From: Diplonema japonicum
Taxonomy: Eukaryota > Protista > Euglenozoa: Diplonemea
DNA length: 64,000 nucleotides
Assembly: GCA_964019335.1 (NCBI GenBank)
Contig: OZ025744.1
Location: 186,001-250,000, forward strand
Direction of reading: 5' to 3'
Below, piece by piece: positions 53,425 to 63,404 of this stretch. The notes under the pieces are model-generated. The model worked only from the letters and a program-made list of their open reading frames with translations. It was not told the DNA's origin and ran no database searches. Positions within the stretch are counted from its first letter, which is position 1, and each line of letters opens with the position of its first letter. The position numbers and the translations under genes are program-made.

Positions 53425-54536
53425 CTGTAATTCTCCTGGGTCAGGGAGGTCCAAGTTAAAAACAATCTTGGTATTTTTTGCCAGAAATATGGGTTTTGGA
53501 TCGATCAAACCGATCCGAAATTAGAAAAAAACCGATCATAAACCCGACTGTGATCGAAAATCTAAAATTGCTCGGGTCGGGTTTCAAAACCCGAAGGTGA
53601 TCGGTTAACCCTGGACACTATGAGAAAGAAAGAAGAATAAAAAAAAAAAAAAAAAAAAAAAAGGATTAGAGATAATATTTGAAAAAGCTGAACACAACCA
53701 ACCAAGAGCCCTTTTTGTTTTTTTTTTCCCCCTCTTTTTATTGCTACAAGTAAACAAACTTGGTTTACAAATCGTGCAAAGAAGAAAAAAAAAAAGAAAA
53801 ATAGTTTCACAAAGTAATACCTAATGAAGTAACGATGAACTATTTGCTCGGCACAAATGGCAACAAGTGTCTAGTTATCATTTTTGCTCAAATTGCATCT
53901 GAAACAAAAAAAAAAAGTTGTTTTTTTTTTAAAGAGAAAGCCGGAAATAGGTTCATTTACAATTTCTGTAAAGTGAAGGCTCCCAGTCTGACAAGTGGCC
54001 GAATCTGTGGAGTTTTTCCGTCCGACATTTTTTGGTTTTTTGGTTTTTTTTTTTTTTTGATAAATGCCTTGACCCTGGTATTTCCCGGGGTGAGGAGAAC
54101 GGTAGGAAATAATTTGAAACACGGGTGTAGTCCCATCCCATAATCAATATTCTGCAGTGGGCCCCCGCATCCACCATACATGCAACCTCAGATGGTTCAA
54201 GCGGTAGCGATGCACAGGATAAGCCTCGACATCAACATTAATGTTAGGACTAACGAGGACTGGTAACTTGAAACCCCCTTGTAGCTTGTAATACCCAACC
54301 TTTTTTGCTGCCTAATGAAAATAAGTAAGATCCTCTCTCGTTAAGCCCCCCTGCCACCACGCGTGAAATAATGCAATCTTATTTTCATTTAATAAATAGT
54401 TATTATTATTTTTTTTTTTTTTTTCTGTCTATTTCTTTTTGAAAAAACCAGAGCTCAAATCCGAAAGTCGAGAGGAAGCTGAGAATGGCCCACCTTCACA
54501 CTCTAATAACGACATTTTGGTTTGTTTTTCTTTCTT

Positions 54537-54573
<37 letters not shown>

Positions 54574-55257
54574 CCAATCCACAGTCCTGTAAACCAAGAA
54601 GAACATTTCGCCCGAAGTCACTGGAAGAAAAAAAAAAATTAAAAAAAAAAAAAAAAAAAGAACAAGAAGATAATGGTTGCTTTGTAAGCCGCCTGGCGTG
54701 CGAGCAACTTTCCTGGTCTACATAAAAAGAAAAAAAAAACGCTTCTCCAGTGCTTTCCCACGGGGATTCGACTTCTTGGTTTACAGTATTTCTTCTTTTT
54801 CTTTTGTTTTACAAATATTGGGGGGGGGGGAAGGGAAAGGCAAAAATCTTATCTTTGCATAAAATTTAGTAAAAGAAAAGAAAGGGGAAAAGGAAGGAAA
54901 CGAGTAATCTTGTATTCCAGAGTACTCCAGATTGGAACACCATACAAAAGAACACGCAGGGCTGCTTCTACATGAAGAGAAACAAGAAAAGAGAGGTAAG
55001 AAACAAACAAGAAGAATAAAAAAGAAACTTTTTTTTTTTAATTTTTTTTTTTTTGTTACAAATATTTATCTTTCAAAAAAATGATTTTATAACTATATGC
55101 AACTTGTGCCGAGCAAAAAACTTTCGCAGCTTTTTAAAAAACCTTTTTTGCTCGTGCGAACAACAAAAAAAAAAAAAAAGAAAAAAAAAAAAAAAAAAAA
55201 CAACAAAGACATATAGTCATAAAGAATTATTATTATTTTTTTTTTTTTTTTTCGCAC

Positions 55258-57780
55258 TCAGCAAAGCAACGGCTCAAGGGTCCCATAAGGCTGGCACAAG
55301 CCTAAACTCCTTGTGGTATCCGCCAGCTTCTTCCTGAAGTTTTGTACCACTTCTGAGTCATGATGAGCATAGCCCTCCAAGGCCCCTTTCGCCCCATCCA
55401 CATCCCCATCCATGAACAGCTTGTAACTAGCTTTGTACTTTGTGTGAGGGTCGCTGGCCTCCCCTTCTGCCATCTGGTACATCCACTCCTCCTCCTTCAC
55501 CTCCTTCTCCCCAAGTGCCTCGTGAACAAGAAGGGTTTTGTCAGAGTGCTTCGGGAAGGAGAGGTGAAGAAGGGGCCTCGTGAAGGCCACGTTCGTCACC
55601 TCCTCGTGGGTTGTATTGTCCACTGCGATGTCCGCACCCTGCATCCTCGCCACCCGCTCCACGATGTGCACCCACGACGCCAGCGACCCGACAAAAGTGA
55701 ACTTCTTCATCCCATCACAACCCATGTTCCCACACTTCACTTCCCCAGAAGCAATCCCGATCGAGAACCGACCAAGAGAGGTGTTCCCTGTCAACGCACG
55801 TGAAAAGTTGTAAGCCGCTACCTTGTAAGAAGAGCAGTTCCGCACACCGTTCCACGACACGTACAGCCTGTCCCCGCTGAAGCTGTCGGGTGTTCCTTTT
55901 GTTGCCTTTATATGCACAAGTGCCGTTGACAGGTAGTCCGATATCATTGCCAGTGCATCACGTTTCCCAGAAAGGAAAGACCGCATGTTGCAGGCCAGAA
56001 GGGCTACTCTCTTCACTTTCATTTCAGTCCCGTGAAGCGCGTGCTCTCGGGTTTGCTTCTGCAGCGCTACAAGTTTAGCGGAGTTGGAAGCAAGCGACTG
56101 AGAGCGTGAGCCGCGTGATGGGGTTTGTGTATGCGTCTTGTCACTCTCGGTCTCGTCGCTGGTTGCCTGCAGAACAGAGGCCGGCATGTAGTTCCTGTAC
56201 TCAACAAGGTTGTTGATCATCTGAAGAAAGCTGACCTGCATGAGCTGAACCTCTTGCAAAGTACTCAGTGGCCTCTCCCTGTCAACCCTCTCAAGGTCCA
56301 TCACAGCCACCATCGCCATCTCGTTCTCCAGAATGAGAAGTGGTTCAATGATCTTCAGAACAAAGACAATGGACAACACAGTGAGGAGGACAGCGACGGC
56401 CACCACAAGCACGTACAGCACTGTGCGTGCCTTCTTCAGGTCGTCGTCCACCTTGCGCTCCGCATCGGAGATTGAAACACGTGTCTCTTCCAGTTTTCTA
56501 TCAATCTCCCCCAAGATGTACGCCCTGTCGATCACGATGTGCACGTACCAGTCGAGTCCGAAGCCGTTGTTCATGATCCCAACCCTGTAGTAGAAGTCCT
56601 CTCCTTCAGGTGCGTAGTCGGTGCTGATGTTCAGGAAAATGGAGGTTTGTTGTTGCGCAGCCTCTTCCAAGTCCACGCTATCCTCTTCCATTTCGGCCAC
56701 GCTTTTAATGATGGAGTCGGTGCTGTTGATGGGAGGGATGGCCTGCAGGAACCCACGACCGTCAAGCATCGAGACGTTGCCATGAGAGGAGGCAACGAAT
56801 AACCCGACAAAGGGAAGCGAGGAAGGGACGTCAGGTAAGAGACTACTTCTCACTGTAATATAAATGCGCCCGCGAGAAGGGTGACCTTCGACAGGGCCGC
56901 CTATTTTTATCTTGCGCAGGAACCCCCCGACAACAGAGAGGTCGGCACCAGCAATGATAAACCCCGTGCGTACACCATTGTGGGAAAAGTGCATCACACT
57001 AGAACTCGTAATAAAAACCTGGTAGCTTGTCGGAGGGATGCCCACCGCAGTGTTGTTGGGAAGCGGGCTGAGGAAGTCTGTGTAAAGCGACACGGCGTCA
57101 AAAGCACCAGCACACGGTGGAGAAGGAACGGATCCGTTCGTTAGGAACGAAGAGTTGCTGCAATTCTCCCGTGGCGTGACATTCCAGTCGGTGATGGCAT
57201 CCTCAGGATTGTCGAGAAGAGGTTTGCCTGTCGTGATGTTTATGGGAGTTTTGATCTGGGCCGGTGTCCACCCCGATGGGTGCCCATCCTCGTAGTGGAA
57301 TACCATAAAATAGTTGTGGAATTCATCGGGGCCCCGTGCCATCGTCTTCCAGTCTTCTACGTAAAAGAAACTCAGCTTGTTGTAGAAAAAGATTCCAAGA
57401 TTGGTGTTCCCCGTGCTGAACAGGTTCTTGAAGGTGAAGTAGTACCTTGCTTGGTTGTGCCAAGCGTGTTTGTTCACGACCTCGAGGGGGTGGGCCATGA
57501 TTTCTTCCCCGATAGTCTGCACTGCAAGCCTCTGCGGGTCCATGAAGAGTTGTAGGTATTTTAGCGTGCTGTTCATGAGAAGGTCGAGGTACTCGTCGGT
57601 TCTCTTCCTCACGCTGTCCTCGCCCACGGTGAAGGAGCTGTTCACAGAGGTGTCCCTCGAAGCCTTCGTGTCGTCGAGCGCCGTGTCGCTGCTGCTTATC
57701 GCGAGGAACGTGCAGATAAACGCAGTGATCACGATGCACAGCAACACCAGCGCGATGTTCAGCACCTTGATGCTCGGCAT
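55258..57780 (-). CDS. Receptor cyclase-like protein, copy 8
   Basis: Same architecture and motifs; (CA)n precedes the ATG. Confidence 0.85.
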   Translation of the reverse strand: MPSIKVLNIALVLLCIVITAFICTFLAISSSDTALDDTKASRDTSVNSSFTVGEDSVRKRTDEYLDLLMNSTLKYLQLFMDPQRLAVQTIGEEIMAHPLEVVNKHAWHNQARYYFTFKNLFSTGNTNLGIFFYNKLSFFYVEDWKTMARGPDEFHNYFMVFHYEDGHPSGWTPAQIKTPINITTGKPLLDNPEDAITDWNVTPRENCSNSSFLTNGSVPSPPCAGAFDAVSLYTDFLSPLPNNTAVGIPPTSYQVFITSSSVMHFSHNGVRTGFIIAGADLSVVGGFLRKIKIGGPVEGHPSRGRIYITVRSSLLPDVPSSLPFVGLFVASSHGNVSMLDGRGFLQAIPPINSTDSIIKSVAEMEEDSVDLEEAAQQQTSIFLNISTDYAPEGEDFYYRVGIMNNGFGLDWYVHIVIDRAYILGEIDRKLEETRVSISDAERKVDDDLKKARTVLYVLVVAVAVLLTVLSIVFVLKIIEPLLILENEMAMVAVMDLERVDRERPLSTLQEVQLMQVSFLQMINNLVEYRNYMPASVLQATSDETESDKTHTQTPSRGSRSQSLASNSAKLVALQKQTREHALHGTEMKVKRVALLACNMRSFLSGKRDALAMISDYLSTALVHIKATKGTPDSFSGDRLYVSWNGVRNCSSYKVAAYNFSRALTGNTSLGRFSIGIASGEVKCGNMGCDGMKKFTFVGSLASWVHIVERVARMQGADIAVDNTTHEEVTNVAFTRPLLHLSFPKHSDKTLLVHEALGEKEVKEEEWMYQMAEGEASDPHTKYKASYKLFMDGDVDGAKGALEGYAHHDSEVVQNFRKKLADTTRSLGLCQPYGTLEPLLC

Positions 57781-58427
57781 TTGTGTGTGTGTGTGTGTGT
57801 GCGTGGTTTCCTTCCCTCTTTTTTTTTTTTTTTATTGTTGTCTTTTGGTTTATAAGTGAAAGAAGAAAAAGAAAGTGCCATTGACAAATGAGGGGGGAGA
57901 AAAAAAGAGAAAGAATTTGCGGAAGAAAAGGGCACCATGATGGGAGGGGGAGAGAGAAAAATGCTAGCAACGATCCTACCCAAGGGGGGAGGGGTGAACA
58001 ACGTTTTCAGTAACTTTTTTTTTTTTTTTTTTTTTTTGGGAGGTGTTTTTTTGGTAATGTACAGTAACTCCAACTTTTGGGGTGTTTGTTCGACCAAGAG
58101 CAAGCCTGCCTCCTTCCACGACCCTAACCGAAAACGTTTGTTTTAACCCAGGAAAAGAAAAAAAAAGGGGGGGCCTTTTGTAGAGTGCTAACTAAACCTG
58201 AGCTTACAAAAATACCCGAGTGTAGGGGGTCCCCAATGCTCAACAATGTGAATGTGGCAGTTAACCCCTGGTGCTAAAAAAAAGGTGGGGGGGGGGGAGA
58301 GGAAGGTGCTTGAAGAATTTATGATATCACGGTCTGGGGAATACAAAGAATTGGGACGGAGGAGGAGGGGATCAATCACGGAAGTGGTGTTCCCCTCCCC
58401 TCCCTTCCTTTTCATTTTCTTGGCTCA

Positions 58428-61400
58428 TTAATGAGGAGGCGTGGGTTGCAGCCCGAGGACGGCTGCCATCGACTCATTGGGTTTTTCGTCGAGTGCATTC
58501 CGTTGTAGCAAAGAACTGGGCTCAAGCCCCATCGCAGGCCGAGGGTTCACCGGTATAGGTGGAGCAGGGGGGGGAGGCACTCGAGCACCGCCGCCACCAC
58601 CACCACCTAGACCCCCGATAGCACCTAAGGGAGCGGATGCAAACCCAGGCATTGTGGCAACTGGAGCACCAAAAATAGGAGGCGGAGAAGAGGCCATGAC
58701 GTGGCTAGGCGGGTCCTCTCTTTCTCTTGGCGATGAAACTGCTTTTAAGGACAAAGGTGAAGGCGCGTTTATGTCCCTTGTAGAAACTCTCTTCATCATG
58801 TCACCTTTGTCTTCCACAGGTTTTAACCTAAGACGGTCTTCTGTAAGTTCCGAGTTGATGTTGCTCAAGGATGATGACCCGCTTCCGGGGGACCTTTTCT
58901 TCTCTTTCTTTTTCCTGGTGTGGCTGCCACCGTCTTCGAATAAGTACCCTTCGTTCAAACTAAATTTCTTTGCGGCGGCGCTGTTTTTCAACATTGTGGT
59001 TTCAACGTTGGTGGTGTCGGAGGAGCCTATCTGCCGGAAAGGGGTGTCCTCTTTGAGGAGCTTTGCCACCTTCGCAGTTTTGATGATTCTTTGAATGTTC
59101 TCGGCTGTGTCTGCAGCGTTGTCGTCCGCGTCCTTTTCTCTTTCGAGGATTTTCAACTTGTAGTTTTCAAAGTCCTTTGTGAGCTGTTCGTACTGGACCA
59201 CTTTTGTGTCGTACCTCTCCTTTACCTTTTGCGTTGCGGTGTCGCATTTTTTGATCTTTTTCAACAGTCTTTCTATTTCACCGCCTTTCTTTTTCATCTC
59301 GATCTTGTGCTGGTCTCTGATCTCCTGAGCCTTGCGTGTCATCATTTGTGTCATTTTTGTCTCTTGGTCTTCTAGGTATCCCTTCCAGTAGTTGTCTCGT
59401 TCCTCTCCGATCCGTGCCGAGGCTAGGAGTTTTGTCTGTTGTGATTTTTCGTTCTTTCTCAGCTCGTTGATGACGTCTTGCAGGTTCTTCACCATTCCCT
59501 TGCACTCTACGATAGCGGCGTTGCGGTCGTCCAGCTGCCTCTCCATTGTCGTTACGTCTGCGAACTTGGCCTCTAGGTTTAGCTTGTACCGTTCGAGTTT
59601 TTGTTTTTCCTCGGATACTTCTTGTTTCAGCCCCTCCACGGCTTGTGTGGAGTTTGCTAGTTTTGTGTTTAAGACTTCGACTTCCGTCACCAGCTGTACT
59701 TGTTCCTCCCTGGCTGCGGCAACTTTCCCCACTTCTGCCTCGAACTCCTTTCGTGTGTTTTCCATCTCCGCCGTGAGCTCCTCCATAGTCCCCTGCACCT
59801 CATTCTCCTTCTCCACCATCTTGTCGATCTCGGTCTGCATTCCCGTCTTGTCCTGTTTCTCCATCTCCAACGCCCTTTTGAGCTTCTCGCACTCCGCCTT
59901 GAGCAGGCCGTCCCCTGACGACAGCACCGAGAACGCAGGCGATGTAGGCACATTGGGGGTCTGAGGATTGGCAGATTGTGCATTTGCGGGCTGTCCGGAG
60001 GAAGTGTTCATCACCGAGGCTTCAACGGGGACAGGGGTCTGCTGGGGTTCTGCTTGCTTGACCGGCGCGGCTACTTGAGCGGCTTGCAACAAGGATGGCG
60101 GCTGCCCACTTTGTATCTTTTGCGGAACTAGTGTCTGATCAGGTTTCTGTTGACCAGACTGCGGCTGCAACGGCTCGACTTGTGCCTGAGCTTGCTGCTG
60201 CTGCTGTTGTTGTACAACACCCTGCTGCTGCTGCTGCTGCTGTTGTACCGCACCCTGCTGCTGCTGCTGTACTACACCCTGTTGCTGTTGTTGTGCCACA
60301 CCCTGCTGTTGTTGTACTACACCCTGCTGCTGCTGTTGTTGTACCGCATCCTGCTGTTGTTGTACAACACCCTGCTGCTGCTGCTGTTGTACCGCATCCT
60401 CCTGCTGCTGCTGCTGCTGTGTAGCTTGCTGTTCTCGAACTTCTGGGGCTGGTGCTTGCGTTTTTTGGATCGGGGCCTCAGTTTTCAGTACAGCTTGCGG
60501 TGCTGGAGGGGGCTGGGGATGCAAGGGCTGTGCACCCTCGTCGTTCTTGTTCCGGTAGTGTGTGCGGGGTGATATGCCGTCGTTGGGATGCTGCGGCTGC
60601 TGCGGGATGACAGGGGCGGATGTGTTGATGTTGAGGTCCTGTTGCGCAGGGGAAACCGAGTTGGCGAGCAGTTGGTACTGCTGCTGGTGATGCTGGATCT
60701 CGTTCGAGGCGTGCTGCTTTGTCTGCGCCAACACCGTCTTGAAATGGTGGAGGTCCGCCTGCAGCTTGACATTCTGTGCAGCCAACTCCTGCTCCGAGGC
60801 GGCCACGCTTTGCAAAGAAGCGAGCTCCTCTTTCAGCGCAATGACCACGTCATTCTCGTTCCCCGTCATGTTCACCATTCGCTTCTCGGTCTTCTCCTTC
60901 TCCTTGCTGAGTTTTTTGTAACGGGCAGTTAGGTTCGTCAGCTGGGTTTCAAGCTGTACAATTTGGTCTCCTTGGTCGGGATCTGTCCGGTTCTGCAAGG
61001 CGGGGGTGACCGGTGTTTGGCTTTGCATTCCCGAGAGGAGGTTTCCTTCCAACTCAGCGATCATTTCACGCAAGGTGGTTATCTCTTTGTCCTTAGCGAG
61101 CTTCAAGGAGGAAAGTTCGGATTCTTTTGCGGCGGTGAGCTTTTTACGCTTTTCCTTCTCGGACTCTAGCTTGGCTTTGATGTTCTCCATCCGCGTCAGG
61201 GCTTGCTTGAGGGAATCCTGCGCTTGTGTATTCAGAGCGGCAAGCCTCTCCCTTTCCCGTGTACGTTCGGAAAGTGCCTCGGCCAATGCGGCCTCGTGCT
61301 TCTGACGTTCTTCGCGAAGGGCGTTTTCAGCTTCAGGTGACACAGATGCAGGTGTGTGCTTGATGAGTTGAAGTTGATTTTGAATGGCGTAGGTGTCTAA

Positions 61401-62828
61401 TGGATCGGCGTGGCTGACGTTGGTTTGTGTCACAATGAAGTGCGTTACGATGTCGCGAAGCTCCGCCAGTTGTGTCGTTTCCGTTTGAAGCTGCTGTTGC
61501 AGGACCTCCTTCTCTTTTTCAAAGGACTCTATCTCACGGTGTTTCTCCTTCACAAGCTGGTTCGCCACGGTGACGTCGTGGTTGGCAGCATCAACCCTCT
61601 CCTTCATATCGGTCGCATCACGATCGTGCACCTCGTTGAGGGACTCCACCTCGATTTGAAGCTGCGCCACGCGTTCTTGAAGATGCTCGTTCTCCTCTTC
61701 TAGTTCTTGAAGACCGGCTTCTTCAAATTTTTTCAGTTTGTCCTTCAATTCCTCGACTTTGTTGGATAAATCCGTGATTTTTTGATCCTTGACGTCCATT
61801 TGCACCAACGGTTTGTTTTTAATCTGTTTCGCACGGTCGGCAAATCGCAGCGTTGACACCGTCTCGCTGACGTTGTGTTCAGACGGGTTGATGTTTGCGA
61901 ACATGCAGGTCTTGCTTCCCCCTCCCAAAGAATCCTTCAACAGCATAGTCAACGGCGACGATCGATATGGGATATGTGCTTTTCCCTTTACAATGGTGTC
62001 GATTACAGTACCCAACGCAGAGAGGGAGAGATTGATGTTGCAGCCTTCTTTCAATGCGTCTCCTGTTGTTCCAGTTTTCGACTGTCTTTCTGACCCAGCG
62101 AGGTCGACTAAATTCAGCTTTGATGTAACGCTTCTGATATCGCCGTCCTCGGTGGTTTCTTCCTTTTGGACATAAACTGTGAAGATGGAGTGGGATCTTG
62201 ACGAGTCGCTGTTTAGTTCAGTGGAAGCAACTTTACGTCGTTCCGCGCCTTCGTCCATGAGGCGTAGAAGATCTTGTTTGAACTTCACCTGTGGTTGCGA
62301 TAGGTCTTGGACAAAGAATGTTTTGTCCTTGCTTTCCTTGATTTTTAAGTTGGACATGGATTTTTCGAGGAGATCGCGTGCTTGCCCGTTGTAGAGTTCA
62401 AGGTATGAACAGTACAAGTTGAAGTGTGTGGAACTGCCTGAGCATTCTGTGATATGGTTGAAGATACAGTCGAACGAGCGAGGGATGACACCTGTGCTGT
62501 CGATGGTTCCTGTCATTGTGTAAGTTTTACCGCTACCTGACTGTCCGTAGGCGAATATTGTCGAGTTGAACCCAGCCATGACCGACTCTATCATAGGGGT
62601 GATATACATTGAGAAAATGTCAGCCTGTGAGCTTGTGTTGTTTATTGTTGCGTCGAAGGTCCATCTGTCTGGGTCCCCACACACGTGGTGCACCGTGACC
62701 GTTCCCTCTGAGATGTCCATGTCTACCGCTGATTTGTACCCTTGATCCCTCTCCTTCTGGGAGAGCGGTCTGCATCGAATCAGCACTTTTATGTTCTCTG
62801 CTTCCTTGTCGCCTTTTTTCTTTGACAT
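58428..62828 (-). CDS. N-terminal-motor kinesin (kinesin-2-like motor) with long coiled coil and Gln-rich insert
   Basis: ENIKVLIRCRP, AYGQSGSGKTYTM, SSRSHS, LVDLAGSER, HIPYRSSPLT, ETVSTLRFADRAK. Confidence 0.93.
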   Translation of the reverse strand: MSKKKGDKEAENIKVLIRCRPLSQKERDQGYKSAVDMDISEGTVTVHHVCGDPDRWTFDATINNTSSQADIFSMYITPMIESVMAGFNSTIFAYGQSGSGKTYTMTGTIDSTGVIPRSFDCIFNHITECSGSSTHFNLYCSYLELYNGQARDLLEKSMSNLKIKESKDKTFFVQDLSQPQVKFKQDLLRLMDEGAERRKVASTELNSDSSRSHSIFTVYVQKEETTEDGDIRSVTSKLNLVDLAGSERQSKTGTTGDALKEGCNINLSLSALGTVIDTIVKGKAHIPYRSSPLTMLLKDSLGGGSKTCMFANINPSEHNVSETVSTLRFADRAKQIKNKPLVQMDVKDQKITDLSNKVEELKDKLKKFEEAGLQELEEENEHLQERVAQLQIEVESLNEVHDRDATDMKERVDAANHDVTVANQLVKEKHREIESFEKEKEVLQQQLQTETTQLAELRDIVTHFIVTQTNVSHADPLDTYAIQNQLQLIKHTPASVSPEAENALREERQKHEAALAEALSERTRERERLAALNTQAQDSLKQALTRMENIKAKLESEKEKRKKLTAAKESELSSLKLAKDKEITTLREMIAELEGNLLSGMQSQTPVTPALQNRTDPDQGDQIVQLETQLTNLTARYKKLSKEKEKTEKRMVNMTGNENDVVIALKEELASLQSVAASEQELAAQNVKLQADLHHFKTVLAQTKQHASNEIQHHQQQYQLLANSVSPAQQDLNINTSAPVIPQQPQHPNDGISPRTHYRNKNDEGAQPLHPQPPPAPQAVLKTEAPIQKTQAPAPEVREQQATQQQQQQEDAVQQQQQQGVVQQQQDAVQQQQQQGVVQQQQGVAQQQQQGVVQQQQQGAVQQQQQQQQGVVQQQQQQQAQAQVEPLQPQSGQQKPDQTLVPQKIQSGQPPSLLQAAQVAAPVKQAEPQQTPVPVEASVMNTSSGQPANAQSANPQTPNVPTSPAFSVLSSGDGLLKAECEKLKRALEMEKQDKTGMQTEIDKMVEKENEVQGTMEELTAEMENTRKEFEAEVGKVAAAREEQVQLVTEVEVLNTKLANSTQAVEGLKQEVSEEKQKLERYKLNLEAKFADVTTMERQLDDRNAAIVECKGMVKNLQDVINELRKNEKSQQTKLLASARIGEERDNYWKGYLEDQETKMTQMMTRKAQEIRDQHKIEMKKKGGEIERLLKKIKKCDTATQKVKERYDTKVVQYEQLTKDFENYKLKILEREKDADDNAADTAENIQRIIKTAKVAKLLKEDTPFRQIGSSDTTNVETTMLKNSAAAKKFSLNEGYLFEDGGSHTRKKKEKKRSPGSGSSSLSNINSELTEDRLRLKPVEDKGDMMKRVSTRDINAPSPLSLKAVSSPREREDPPSHVMASSPPPIFGAPVATMPGFASAPLGAIGGLGGGGGGGARVPPPPAPPIPVNPRPAMGLEPSSLLQRNALDEKPNESMAAVLGLQPTPPH
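60190..60422 (-). repeat. Coding CAG-rich minisatellite (QQQQQ-GVV/DAV units) in the kinesin
   Basis: Repeated tgctgctgttgt..acaccc units. Confidence 0.9.
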
Positions 62829-62984
62829 TTTTTTTTTTTAAAAAAAGGGAGGGGATCTTTTTTTTTTTGTGTTAGATGCAAGGGGGGGGGGGGGGGGGGG
62901 GGTTTGGGAAGAAAAAAAAAGGAAAAAAAAAAGGGTGTGTAAATTAGTGTTTTTTGGAGAAGTTTTTTTTTTTTTTTTTAAAGT

Positions 62985-63119
62985 TTAGTGGTGAAGTCCC
63001 ACCTTTCCGACGGGTGGTGCTGCAATGTGTACTTTTTTCACTGGTGCGCCTTGTGCCAGACCGGAGTGTCCTTTGATGTGGCCAGGGTGTGCGTTTACAG
63101 CTGCCTCTACTGAAGCACA

Positions 63120-63152
<33 letters not shown>

Positions 63153-63245
63153 CGTTTAGTACCCAAGTGGTGTGTGCACGGCGTCCATCATTTTCAATAC
63201 CACCTCGTCGAAATTCTTCCCGGAGAAACAAGCTCGGTGGGACAT
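62985..63245 (-). CDS. Predicted 72-aa microprotein; two exons, 63245-63163 and 63120-62985
   Basis: A-tract then ATG. MSHRACFSGKNFDEVVLKMMDAVHTPLG-CASVEAAVNAHPGHIKGHSGLAQGAPVKKVHIAAPPVGKVGLHH* after removing the 42-nt intron GTACTAAACG-A31-G, which carries an in-frame stop. Confidence 0.55.
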
Positions 63246-63404
63246 TTTTTTTTTCTTCTTTTTTTTTTTTTTGCTTCTCCTGGGTTATTTGTTTTTTTTT
63301 TGGGGGGGAGGGGAAGGGTGGGAGGGGGGAAAAAAAAGAAAAAAGAAATGTGTAGTTGTTTGGTTTCCTCTTTTTTTTTTTTTCTTTTTTCCTACTTATT
63401 ATTT

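Larger units (their letters stand above)
51991..53620 (-). mobile_element. 1.63-kb TIR DNA element with internal tandem repeats, a SAP-domain ORF and a large hairpin
   Basis: TAGTATCCAGGGTTAACCGATCACC ... GGTGATCGGTTAACCCTGGACACTA; four ~190-200-bp tandem units at 52060-52790. Confidence 0.8.

Noticed and set aside
12801-57859. Recurring + strand ORFs (MRVVGIPFCH..., MKATFVTSS..., MLFMRRSRY...)
   Set aside because: Antisense shadows of the GC3-rich receptor genes; they recur only because the sense gene is repeated.
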